From the NCBI GenBank assembly GCA_963811105.1, contig CAWEPZ010000011.1:1024001-1088000 (forward strand): a stretch of DNA of 64,000 bases. Direction: 5' to 3'. Under the pieces are notes generated by a model. That model was not told where the DNA came from, did not search any database, and saw nothing but the letters and a program-made list of their open reading frames with translations. This stretch comes from Candidatus Bathyarchaeota archaeon (GTDB taxonomy: Archaea; Thermoproteota; Bathyarchaeia; Bathyarchaeales; Bathycorpusculaceae). The position numbers and the translations under genes were made by a program. Shown here piece by piece: positions 51,083 to 59,817 of the stretch (its first letter is position 1; each line of letters starts with the position of its first letter).

Positions 51083-51955
51083 CTACAGCACCCTAGCTTT
51101 CTCACGGTTCAAATTTGCCATTAAGATTTCACCGCCAAACTTTTGCAAAGCCGCCCTCACTGAATCAACCTTATCTTCTGGCACAACTGCTGTTACTGCT
51201 GGTCCTTTGCCGCAGAGCCCAGCTGCCACCGCGCCCGAAGCCAATGCATCAATTGCAATTGAACTGTCATATCCTTGGGCGGAAGAATAAATTAACCCGT
51301 TAATTGTCAATGCCTCCCATATCTTGCCCTCCAAAGCCTTCTCATACGCCACTTCGACAAGCGGCTTAACCGTTTGCAGCCTGCCCACGTTAGAGTCTGC
51401 CGTATACGCCTTCTTGGAGGGCACATGAAAAAGAACCGCTAAATTTCCAGTTACCAGCAACTGCTTGACAATTTCTCGCTTCTGATTGTCAGTGATGACT
51501 ACACCGCCAAAATATGAAGCACAAGCATCATCAAAAGCACCCGTCACTGTAACCTTCGCATCAAAAGCAGCATCGACACTCAACTTAACAAGTTCTAAAT
51601 CATCAAGAGTCTTCCCTAATGCTGCAGTGGCTGCTAACGCTACTGCATTTGCGGCCGCACTGCTACTTTTAAGCCCTCTAGCAATAGGAATGTTAGAGCA
51701 AGTTCTTATTTTTGCCCCAAAACGGTTTTCCAAACCAAACCGCCGAAGAACCCTCGCTACGGTTTTTTCTATTAAGAGGGTGCTTTCGTTTGGGTCATCG
51801 GTTATTTCTGATTTGAAAACACAGGGTTCATCTGTTATCTCGACCTCAGCTTTAGTCCACAAGTCTACCCCAAAAGCCGCGCCCTTGCCAAGTGCAATTG
51901 CGTTAACGATTGTTGCGGCGCCATGAGCTATAGCTGTAGCTTTCCCAATCAACAT
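51083..51955 (-). CDS. aroK: Archaeal (GHMP-type) shikimate kinase
   Basis: GAATIVNAIA, PIARGLKSSSA, TGAFDDA. Confidence 0.93.
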   Translation of the reverse strand: MLIGKATAIAHGAATIVNAIALGKGAAFGVDLWTKAEVEITDEPCVFKSEITDDPNESTLLIEKTVARVLRRFGLENRFGAKIRTCSNIPIARGLKSSSAAANAVALAATAALGKTLDDLELVKLSVDAAFDAKVTVTGAFDDACASYFGGVVITDNQKREIVKQLLVTGNLAVLFHVPSKKAYTADSNVGRLQTVKPLVEVAYEKALEGKIWEALTINGLIYSSAQGYDSSIAIDALASGAVAAGLCGKGPAVTAVVPEDKVDSVRAALQKFGGEILMANLNREKARVL

Positions 51956-52812
51956 CTACACCTTTGCAAGTGGTTAAGCGCTGCCTTCCTCATAACTTCA
52001 ACTGGTGCCTTGCAGCTTGTCCAGATCTCAAAAGAAGCGGCCCCTTGGTAAATGAGCATTTCAACCCCGCTTACGACTTTGGCTCTGGCAGCTTTAGCAT
52101 CCTTCGCCAGTGTGGTTTCGATTGGATTGTACACTATATCCATTACTGCCAAGTCATGTTTGAGCCACTCTGGCTGTACTGAGGTTTGGTTGGCGTTTGG
52201 TTTCATTCCAACTGATGTGGCGTTAATAAGCACATCAGCGCCAACAAGGTAAGCTTTGATTGTGTTAGGCGAAAGTGTGCCTGCTGTGATTTTCTTTTTG
52301 AACGTTTGCTTCAGGAGATTCGATAGTTCCTCAGCTGGCTGTGGTGTTCGATTCAAAATCGCCAATTCACCCGCCTGCGATGCAAGAGTGTACGCTATAG
52401 CTCGTGCGGCTCCGCCTGCTCCAAGCAATAGGACCTTTTTCCCTTTCGGATCAATACGGTTCGCTTTGAGCGCATTTAGAGCGCCGATTCCGTCGGTGTT
52501 AAAGCCTAGAAGTTTGCCATTTTTGTTTTGAATAGTGTTAACTGCATTAAGGAATTTTGCCGTTGGGTCTATTTCATCTAAGTACTTGATAACTGCTTCT
52601 TTGTGTGGCATAGTAACATTTAACCCATGAATATTCATGACACGAATTCCATCCAGGGCGCCTGCAATACCGTCAGGCTTAACCTTGAACGCTAAAAAAA
52701 CGCAATCCAGTTTCAAAGCCTCAAACGCTGCATTATAGATAACTGGGCTCAGGGTGTGTTCTATGGGGTCGCCGATTACGCCGAAAACGCGGGTTTTTCC
52801 TGAAATAACCAT
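51949..52812 (-). CDS. aroE: Shikimate dehydrogenase
   Basis: NVTMPHK, NTDG, GAGGAA, NATSVG, GVEMLIYQG. Confidence 0.95.
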   Translation of the reverse strand: MVISGKTRVFGVIGDPIEHTLSPVIYNAAFEALKLDCVFLAFKVKPDGIAGALDGIRVMNIHGLNVTMPHKEAVIKYLDEIDPTAKFLNAVNTIQNKNGKLLGFNTDGIGALNALKANRIDPKGKKVLLLGAGGAARAIAYTLASQAGELAILNRTPQPAEELSNLLKQTFKKKITAGTLSPNTIKAYLVGADVLINATSVGMKPNANQTSVQPEWLKHDLAVMDIVYNPIETTLAKDAKAARAKVVSGVEMLIYQGAASFEIWTSCKAPVEVMRKAALNHLQRCRC

Positions 52813-53495
52813 TATTTTTGCCCCAAAACGTCATAGGCAGCCTGCATTTGCTCAATTGTAATTTGCCCAGCCGCTGTTTCGCTGCCCTGTCCAAGCGAAG
52901 CAAATGTGAAGTACGCACCAAACAGTGGCGACAGCAACCTAGATACCTTGCCTTGTTCGCCCATACAGAAACACACAAGTTTCACTCTACCGGATTTAGC
53001 TGAAACAAAGTTCAGCGCCCCTAGATTGTCTTCTATTTTCTTTGCGGTTGTTACTATTTTGCAGACACTGGCGCCGCTTAAAATTTCCTGTTCCAAAATT
53101 CTTCCCATTTCAGGAATGCTAAGTGCGCTGTCGTGTTTGTGGAAGGAAACGATTGTTTTAGCGCCCAGCTGCTTGAGTTTATAAATTACTTTTTTATGGT
53201 CAGGGCTTGACAAGTCGATATCAACATATTGAAAGCCGTTTTTGGCGGCAGACAGCAAGGTTTGTTGGCGTTCAGCTTCAGTTCCAGCGAAAAAGCCCTT
53301 TTCACTTTGCAGCTTGTTTGTTGCGATAAGCGGGATTGTTGTGCATTTAGAGAATTCTGAGAGGTTTCCATTGGTTTGAAGACAGTCCAATCTAACTTCG
53401 ATGAAATCAGCTTTGGTGCTCTTTGCCCTCTCAATGAGGTTTAACGCTTCTGTGTTGTTTTCAGGGAGAATCGAGACGCAGATTCTTGGGGTCAC
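52812..53495 (-). CDS. aroD: Type I 3-dehydroquinate dehydratase
   Basis: EVRLD, IVSFH, KIV, CMGEQGKVSR, AAGQ. Confidence 0.92.
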   Translation of the reverse strand: MTPRICVSILPENNTEALNLIERAKSTKADFIEVRLDCLQTNGNLSEFSKCTTIPLIATNKLQSEKGFFAGTEAERQQTLLSAAKNGFQYVDIDLSSPDHKKVIYKLKQLGAKTIVSFHKHDSALSIPEMGRILEQEILSGASVCKIVTTAKKIEDNLGALNFVSAKSGRVKLVCFCMGEQGKVSRLLSPLFGAYFTFASLGQGSETAAGQITIEQMQAAYDVLGQK

Positions 53496-54535
53496 TTTTC
53501 AATCACCGTTTCTTCAGGCACAGAAACGCCGAAGTGCCGCCCTCCTTTCGCAGATAAATGAACCAAAACCTCATCGCCTGGTTTCAGCTCAGTTACAGGT
53601 TTTGAAGCCTTAGGAGTTACTAAACGTACGGTTTCGGCGTTTTGTAGGATGGTTTTGATTTTTGTATCGTCGGCTTGTGCCTCAATGAGCATTAGGGGAC
53701 GGAACTCAATTTTTGAGCGCCCCAGGTTTGTTATTCTGACTTTTCCTTCCCTGTTGATGATTAGGACTTCGTCGCCTGCTCTTAGCTCAGAGAGGTATCG
53801 TGTGTTCTGAAGGGAAGTTAATGTGTAGTGGGAGGCTGGTCCAGCGTTAACTCGAAAAGGTCTAGATTGGACATAGGGGTTTTCGTTTACTTCTGCTTCA
53901 ACAAGAAAGAAACCGGCGGATTGGCAGCCGACTAGCATTCCTTCGCCTGGAACCATCAAATCAACGGTGTCAACGCAAACTCTGGCTCCAGTTCCAATAG
54001 GTTTGATAGATAAGATTTTGGCGGTTGTTAAGGGGATTTTTGGCATTTGCTGCTTAACCAGTTTGATGGTTTTCGTAAACTCATTAGGATTGGATGTTTT
54101 CACCAGAACGCCGTCGGTTCCCAACTCTAAGGCTTCGAGAACTATTTTGGCGTCCTCCGCAGTGGTGACTTCGGCTATTAGTTTGCTTTTGCCGCCATGC
54201 GCCTTGGCTATTAAATTTTCGAGGGGAATTACTCGCCAATCAAGAGTGTTTATAATTATATAGTCAACTTGGAGTTCGGCTGCTTTGGCAGCTTGGTTTT
54301 CGTCTTCTTTACCTTTAATGGTTATTTTGATGGCTATTCTTTTGCCTTCGCTTTTCAGTTGGGCAAGCTTTTTCTCGTTTAAGTCAGCGAGGAAATTTAT
54401 GTTGAGTTTGCCTGAGCGGTTACTTATTTGTGTGCCGTCTATGATTGCGTCTGCATTTTCATGGGCAAGGCTAAGCAAGCTTTCTTTTTCTTGATTTGAA
54501 GCTGCTTGGTCAATTTCTATCCAAAGTTCCTTCAA
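53492..54535 (-). CDS. aroB': 3-dehydroquinate synthase II (archaeal AroB')
   Basis: WRVIPLEN, RVCVD, RPFRVNAG, RHFG. Confidence 0.93.
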   Translation of the reverse strand: MKELWIEIDQAASNQEKESLLSLAHENADAIIDGTQISNRSGKLNINFLADLNEKKLAQLKSEGKRIAIKITIKGKEDENQAAKAAELQVDYIIINTLDWRVIPLENLIAKAHGGKSKLIAEVTTAEDAKIVLEALELGTDGVLVKTSNPNEFTKTIKLVKQQMPKIPLTTAKILSIKPIGTGARVCVDTVDLMVPGEGMLVGCQSAGFFLVEAEVNENPYVQSRPFRVNAGPASHYTLTSLQNTRYLSELRAGDEVLIINREGKVRITNLGRSKIEFRPLMLIEAQADDTKIKTILQNAETVRLVTPKASKPVTELKPGDEVLVHLSAKGGRHFGVSVPEETVIEK

Positions 54536-55323
54536 CTTTTTTCACCGAGGATTTTAAGAGCCTGCTCTACGCCGACATTTTTGTGAACTATTGCTAAAAG
54601 CGCCTTAACCATCAGAGCGGGTTTGTCATGTTGAAACACATTTCGCCCAATTGAGACTCCTGCTGCTCCGGCTTTTAGCGCGTCATGGGTGGTTTGGAGA
54701 ACTTCTTGAGATGTTTTGCATTTAGGTCCCCCCGCAATCACTACTGGTACGGGGCAGCTTTCGATTACTGATTTGAAGGTATCAATGTTGCCTGTGAAGT
54801 TTGCTTTAATGATGTCTGCGCCAAGTTCAGCACCAATGCGGGCTGCATGCGCTACCACGTCGGCGGCATGTTCGTTTTGGATTTTTGGCCCGCGAGGATA
54901 CATCATTGCAAGCAACGGCATACCAAATAAGTCGCATTCTTCAGCTACCTTCCCCAAGTTGCTCAGCATTTTGTCCTCATCCTGCGCTCCAACGTTTACG
55001 TGTACGGAGACTGCATCGGCACCTAAGCGTACGGCTTCTTGGACACTACAGATTTGGACTTTGCTGTTTATTTTTGGGCTAAGGTTAGACATGCCTGACA
55101 ACATAACGATTAAACCTGTGCCATTAGCATCAACCTGTTTGGCTATGCCTTTGTGGACAAGTATGGCATCAGCTCCGCCTTCAAGAAGCTGATTGATGGT
55201 TTGCTGCATGTTAACTATGCCTTGGATTGGGCCAATTGTTACGCCGTGATCCATAGGCACTATTACTGTACGGTTGTCTTGCTGCATGATTCTTTTTATT
55301 CGCCTTGCTTTACCTTGATTCAT
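54532..55323 (-). CDS. aroA': 2-amino-3,7-dideoxy-D-threo-hept-6-ulosonate synthase (AroA', class I aldolase)
   Basis: PMDHG, MMYPRG, ELGADIIK, GRNVFQ; adjacent to DHQ synthase II. Confidence 0.92.
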   Translation of the reverse strand: MNQGKARRIKRIMQQDNRTVIVPMDHGVTIGPIQGIVNMQQTINQLLEGGADAILVHKGIAKQVDANGTGLIVMLSGMSNLSPKINSKVQICSVQEAVRLGADAVSVHVNVGAQDEDKMLSNLGKVAEECDLFGMPLLAMMYPRGPKIQNEHAADVVAHAARIGAELGADIIKANFTGNIDTFKSVIESCPVPVVIAGGPKCKTSQEVLQTTHDALKAGAAGVSIGRNVFQHDKPALMVKALLAIVHKNVGVEQALKILGEKS

Positions 55324-55338
55324 ATTTTGTCACCTTGG

Positions 55339-56586
55339 TTATTTTGCGCTCCTTAAAGAGTTTCTAATTAACTTTAAAGCTTTTTCACGCTCATTCCAAT
55401 CCAAAAACAGCAAAATACTTGACGTGATAGTCAGTATGCCTGAGATGTTAATGCCACTGACTCGGAGGTCTTCACTAATTTTTCCGATGATACCGTGGGT
55501 TTCTTCCAAGCCGACACCGCTGGTTTTTATGTATACTAAGTCCTTTTTGATCGCCATCGCAATAGTTTCTTTGTTTCTCTTCGTTATGTCGTGAATGTCA
55601 TTGAAAAGGGCATCCAAGTTTTTCTCCTGAGAAACGTAAAGTATCAACGAGTTTGCACTCATTGACATGCCAAGCAGAAGGGAGTGATGTTTGGTTTTTT
55701 CAACCATTTCTTGGATGATTTGCGGGTTAGCGGATATGCCGCAGCCGATTACTGTTATTTCAGCAACCGGGAAAGGATGGGCGATTTCTGCGTCTAGTTC
55801 GGTTGTAAGGGCGCCTGTGATTATTGTGCCTTCACTTGCTAGGTTGCCGTGTGCGTGGTTGATTACTTTTATGTTGATGTTTTTAGGTTTATACTTCAGC
55901 GCTTTGCTGTGGATAAATTTGGCTCCTGAATCAGCCAAACCTACAAGAGTGTTAACATCAATTTCTCTGAGACGCTCCGGATTGGAAACGATTTTAGGAT
56001 CCCCTGACATTACCCCATCAGCATTAGTAACTAAAACAATCTCATCAGCGCCCAAAGCTTCAGCTAAAACAAACGCAGTCGTATCACTTCCGCCTCGTCC
56101 TAGAGTTGTAATTTTGCCATCCTTAGTTTTACCCAAAAAACCCGCAACGACCGGAATAATACCTTTATTCATAATTGGCAATACACATTCACGAATGTTC
56201 TTTTCGCAGTCTTTCAGGATTGGATTTGCATTTTGAAAAGCTGAATCTGTAATTATTGGCCAGGTGCTGTCAATTGGGTCAAAGTAACAAGATTCGGCAC
56301 CGTTGGTTTTCAGTGCAGCTGCAAATATTCGAATACTAGTTCGTTCGCCCATCGAGAGGATATCGTCCAGGTCTTTTTTCTCGAGTTTGCCGTTTGAGGC
56401 GTTTTTTGCTGTTGTCATGAGGACATCAGTTGTTTTTCCCATAGCCGAAACTACAACGGCGATTCGAGTGCCTTTTTTGGCTTCGTTTATCACGGCGGTT
56501 ACCGCTTTTAAGAGCCTTTCGTGGTCTGCTAGACTGGAACCACCGAATTTAACCACAATTTTTTTCATAGAGTTCTCTTTTGCCAT
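55339..56586 (-). CDS. lysC: Aspartate kinase
   Basis: VVKFGGSS, VVSAMG, GER, TTLGRGGSD, C-terminal ACT-like domains. Confidence 0.93.
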   Translation of the reverse strand: MAKENSMKKIVVKFGGSSLADHERLLKAVTAVINEAKKGTRIAVVVSAMGKTTDVLMTTAKNASNGKLEKKDLDDILSMGERTSIRIFAAALKTNGAESCYFDPIDSTWPIITDSAFQNANPILKDCEKNIRECVLPIMNKGIIPVVAGFLGKTKDGKITTLGRGGSDTTAFVLAEALGADEIVLVTNADGVMSGDPKIVSNPERLREIDVNTLVGLADSGAKFIHSKALKYKPKNINIKVINHAHGNLASEGTIITGALTTELDAEIAHPFPVAEITVIGCGISANPQIIQEMVEKTKHHSLLLGMSMSANSLILYVSQEKNLDALFNDIHDITKRNKETIAMAIKKDLVYIKTSGVGLEETHGIIGKISEDLRVSGINISGILTITSSILLFLDWNEREKALKLIRNSLRSAK

Positions 56587-56605
56587 CTTTTTACGCCCCT
56601 GCCTT

Positions 56606-56643
56606 GCCCAGAACTCTACTCAAAAAATTTGACAGTTCTGGGC
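56606..56643 (-). promoter_or_regulatory. Hairpin between leader uORF and aspartokinase start (putative attenuator)
   Basis: mRNA GCCCAGAACU / AGUUCUGGGC perfect 10-bp stem starting at the first base after the leader stop; encloses a U6 run. Confidence 0.75.
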
Positions 56644-56730
56644 TTAAGGAAAATAACGATAATAAAAGCCGAAGTCGAAGCTCTGGAACCATGATACATT
56701 GTTTTCTTTTTTGCTTTGCAAATTAGACAT
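56644..56730 (-). CDS. Putative aromatic amino acid operon leader peptide MSNLQSKKENNVSWFQSFDFGFYYRYFP
   Basis: 28 codons; 1 Trp, 5 Phe and 3 Tyr in the last 15; lies between the promoter and the first gene of the aro/tyr operon. Confidence 0.8.
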   Translation of the reverse strand: MSNLQSKKENNVSWFQSFDFGFYYRYFP

Positions 56731-56770
56731 TGCAGCTTCGAACCTTGCTCAATCAGACATTAACGAGAAA

Positions 56771-56785
56771 ATATAAGCGTTTCGG
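56771..56785 (-). promoter_or_regulatory. BRE-TATA promoter of the aromatic operon
   Basis: Minus strand CCGAAACGC-TTATAT about 40 nt upstream of the leader ATG. Confidence 0.6.
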
Positions 56786-56877
56786 AAATAGACTAAGATT
56801 TAGCCACTAAATGTCAGCTCTGAGGGTATAGTGTTTATCAATTTGGCTGTGCATAACAACCAACGGAAGGCATCCAG

Positions 56878-57708
56878 TTGAAAGTGCAAATAGATTGGCA
56901 CCAAATCCTCATTGAATGCAAAATTAACGTGAAAGCAAGCATCAAGCCCTTCCTTAAAACCATCAAGGACCCCCAACCTAACCTAGGAGTAGGCGCAGGC
57001 GGAGATGCCATGAAACCAATGGATTTAGCGGCTGAAACAGCAATCCTTGACACATTAAAAAGCCATGATGTTTCTTTTACCTTAATCAGCGAAGAATCAG
57101 GAGTAAAAAAATTCGGCGAAGCGGCAGAGGAATGTATTGTTACCTTGGACCCGATTGATGGCAGCACCAATTTCATGCATGGACTACCCTTCTACTGTTG
57201 CTCTATTGCAGTTTCCCGACATCCTATGCTTGCCGATGCGTACGCAGGCATGGTTGCTGACTTAGTTCATGGCGCAACATACACGGCGATTAAAGGCAAG
57301 GGCGCCTATCGAGATGACGAAAAGATAAAACCCTCCACCACCGCTGATTTGCAAGATGCAGTAATAGGTCTAGACTTGAACACTTACAAAGTTAAAGAAG
57401 TTGTACCCAAACTAACCTCGCTTATAGCTGAAACCAAGCATATCCGCCATTTTGGCGCTAACGCACTTGAACTGTGCTATGTTGCTGATGGGTCAACAGA
57501 TGCGTTTGTGGATATCCGTGGGAAACTTCGCACAACCGATGTTGCAGCTGCTTTCCTGATTCTTAAAGAGGCAGGCGGAATCATGACTACCCCGAATAAT
57601 CACGTTTTAAACGTTGAATTAAACCCAAAACAAACGTTAAGCTTTGTAGCCTCAGGGAACATGCAAATTCACCAAAAAATTTTGACTTTGGTTAAATCCT
57701 TATGTTAA
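56878..57708 (+). CDS. Inositol monophosphatase / FBPase IV family
   Basis: SEE, LDPIDGSTN, DVAAA..I..EAGG. Confidence 0.9.
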   Translation: MKVQIDWHQILIECKINVKASIKPFLKTIKDPQPNLGVGAGGDAMKPMDLAAETAILDTLKSHDVSFTLISEESGVKKFGEAAEECIVTLDPIDGSTNFMHGLPFYCCSIAVSRHPMLADAYAGMVADLVHGATYTAIKGKGAYRDDEKIKPSTTADLQDAVIGLDLNTYKVKEVVPKLTSLIAETKHIRHFGANALELCYVADGSTDAFVDIRGKLRTTDVAAAFLILKEAGGIMTTPNNHVLNVELNPKQTLSFVASGNMQIHQKILTLVKSLC

Positions 57709-58544
57709 GTTTGCTTTGGCCCCACCCAGCAGCTATGGTAAAAATCCTGAAAACCAAAACCCTTCTTATCGCTGACCCACACATCGGATGGGAGATAGCG
57801 CTTCAAGAAAAAGGCATACATGTTCCAAGCCAAACCCCAAAAATCCTAAACAAGCTAACCGCAATAATCACCAAATACAAGCCAGACCGGCTTGTTATCC
57901 TAGGCGATGTAAAATACACCGTTATTTCTAGCGAAATAGGTGAATGGCATGATATTCCCGATTTCTTTGCTAAACTGCAAAGCTGCGTGCAAAATATCGC
58001 TGTTGTACGGGGTAACCATGACGCCAACATCGAACCACTCTTACCCGAAAACGTAGAACTTCTGCCTGCAACAGGAGCGATAATCGGTGACGTAGCCGTT
58101 TTTCATGGACACAAATGGCCCTCGCCAGCCCTGCTATCGTGCAAAACGTTGGTTATGGGACATTTGCATCCGGTTGTGGTTTTCCGAGACCCCGCTGGCT
58201 TTAAAATTACAAGGCAAGCATGGATGTTAGCGAACTGTAATTCTGAGGCATTAGCAAAGATTCTGTTGCAAAAGCACAATGTAAAAATCGAGGGCTCAGT
58301 TGCGGAAACACTAATGAAGCATTACAAAATCAAATTGAAGACAACCCAGATTTTCATCATGCCGAGTTTTAACGATTTTCTCGGCGGCAGACCAATAAAC
58401 GAAACAAGACCTCGAAAAGAAGTCGGCAGCGAAGCCTTGATCGGGCCAGTTTTGCGTTCGGAAGCGGTGGATGTTGATAACTCGGAGCTTTACCTGTTGG
58501 ATGGCACTTATCTTGGTACTTTAAACCAGCTTAGGAACCTCTAG
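57702..58544 (+). CDS. Metallophosphoesterase
   Basis: ADPH, LGD, GNHD, FHGH, GHLHP. Confidence 0.9.
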   Translation: MLSLLWPHPAAMVKILKTKTLLIADPHIGWEIALQEKGIHVPSQTPKILNKLTAIITKYKPDRLVILGDVKYTVISSEIGEWHDIPDFFAKLQSCVQNIAVVRGNHDANIEPLLPENVELLPATGAIIGDVAVFHGHKWPSPALLSCKTLVMGHLHPVVVFRDPAGFKITRQAWMLANCNSEALAKILLQKHNVKIEGSVAETLMKHYKIKLKTTQIFIMPSFNDFLGGRPINETRPRKEVGSEALIGPVLRSEAVDVDNSELYLLDGTYLGTLNQLRNL

Positions 58545-58653
58545 AAGTTGCGCTACCAAAAAAGAGCTTTTGTAGCCGCTTAGCGTTGATTTGGTTAACT
58601 CTTATATTTGCCACATGTTATATACATGATATAGTTTGAGGGAGGAAAAACAG

Positions 58654-58809
58654 TTGAAACTTGTAACAGTACTCCTACCAGAAGCTTATCTGGAAGGATT
58701 AGATGAATTAGTTCGCGCAAACATGTATCCAAGCAGAAGTAGCGTCATAAGGTCATCCGTACGTGACCTGCTAAAGAAAGAGCTCTGGGAACAAAAACGG
58801 GGAAGATAA
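58654..58809 (+). CDS. CopG/ribbon-helix-helix regulator (CdrS-like)
   Basis: Below ORF cutoff; MKLVTVLLPEAYLEGLDELVRANMYPSRSSVIRSSVRDLLKKELW; GGAGG SD. Confidence 0.85.
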   Translation: MKLVTVLLPEAYLEGLDELVRANMYPSRSSVIRSSVRDLLKKELWEQKRGR

Positions 58810-58816
58810 AAACCGC

Positions 58817-59590
58817 CTACAACCCTTTTAACGAATTGCAGAGCCATCGTGATGCCTTACCCGGGTCATCAGACATTGTGATTTCGCGTCCCACTATAAA
58901 ATAGCTGGCTCCTGCTTTAAGCGCTGTTTCCACCGTTCCTCCTTGAGCACCAACACCGGGCGAGTAGATAGGGACTTTATCGCCAAGAATCTTTTTTATA
59001 TCACTTATTTTTTGAGGATAAGTTGCTCCGACAACGACGCCGTCAGCACCCCATTTTAAAGCTTTTTGGGCAAAAGAAACATACTGCAGTTTTCTTTTCC
59101 CTGTTTGCGGGTCAATGATCGTTTGTCCGTAACCTTCGCATGCACCTTTGTGACTCATGTAGCAGAGAAGAATTACGCCACGGTCAAGCCGCTTTGAAGA
59201 TTCAAAAAGTGGTTTTAATCCTTCCTCCCAACCCACGAATGGATTAGCTATTAATGCGTCAAAACCCGCCTCATAATAGTAATCCGCGATTACCTCGTTG
59301 GTGGCACCTATGTCGTTTACCTTAGCATCCATAATCGCCAAAAGCTCGTGCCCGTGAATTTGCTCAACCAACTGTTGAACACCATTAAAAGTACCAAGTG
59401 GAAGCACAAGATGATGATTAATTTTAACCGCACAAACGTAAGGGTGAACGGCTGTAAGAATTCCCTGGGCTCTGCTCAAAATTTTATCTTTTTTTTCTGG
59501 ATTTTCAAAAGGCAAATCCAACGCTAACACAATCGGCGAATTTCTGTCTTTTGCACCATCTTGAATTTTGGCTTTAAACGACACAGTCAT
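58817..59590 (-). CDS. pyrF: Orotidine-5'-phosphate decarboxylase
   Basis: ALD, DAKVNDIGAT, VVGAT, SPGVGAQGG, IVGR. Confidence 0.94.
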   Translation of the reverse strand: MTVSFKAKIQDGAKDRNSPIVLALDLPFENPEKKDKILSRAQGILTAVHPYVCAVKINHHLVLPLGTFNGVQQLVEQIHGHELLAIMDAKVNDIGATNEVIADYYYEAGFDALIANPFVGWEEGLKPLFESSKRLDRGVILLCYMSHKGACEGYGQTIIDPQTGKRKLQYVSFAQKALKWGADGVVVGATYPQKISDIKKILGDKVPIYSPGVGAQGGTVETALKAGASYFIVGREITMSDDPGKASRWLCNSLKGL

Positions 59591-59817
59591 TGCCTCTTGC
59601 TCTATCTTGTTAATAGCTGAGCTATTTCATTTTTTCGTATGCTTTCAAAATCAAATGTAAAGGAAAACAATCACAAGAGATCATCTTTTTTTCAAAACGT
59701 TTCTTGTTATCTGGAAACAAGAAAATTCCATAAGGTTTATAGTGACTAGGTAATCAATACCGTTAATGGTGGCAAAGCATTAACTCTTCAGCAAAGTCCA
59801 CTTAATTTAGGGGGTAC

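Noticed and set aside
38557-56586. Numerous 60-180 aa antisense ORFs over ilv/leu/aro genes
   Set aside because: Shadow ORFs of well-supported genes on the opposite strand
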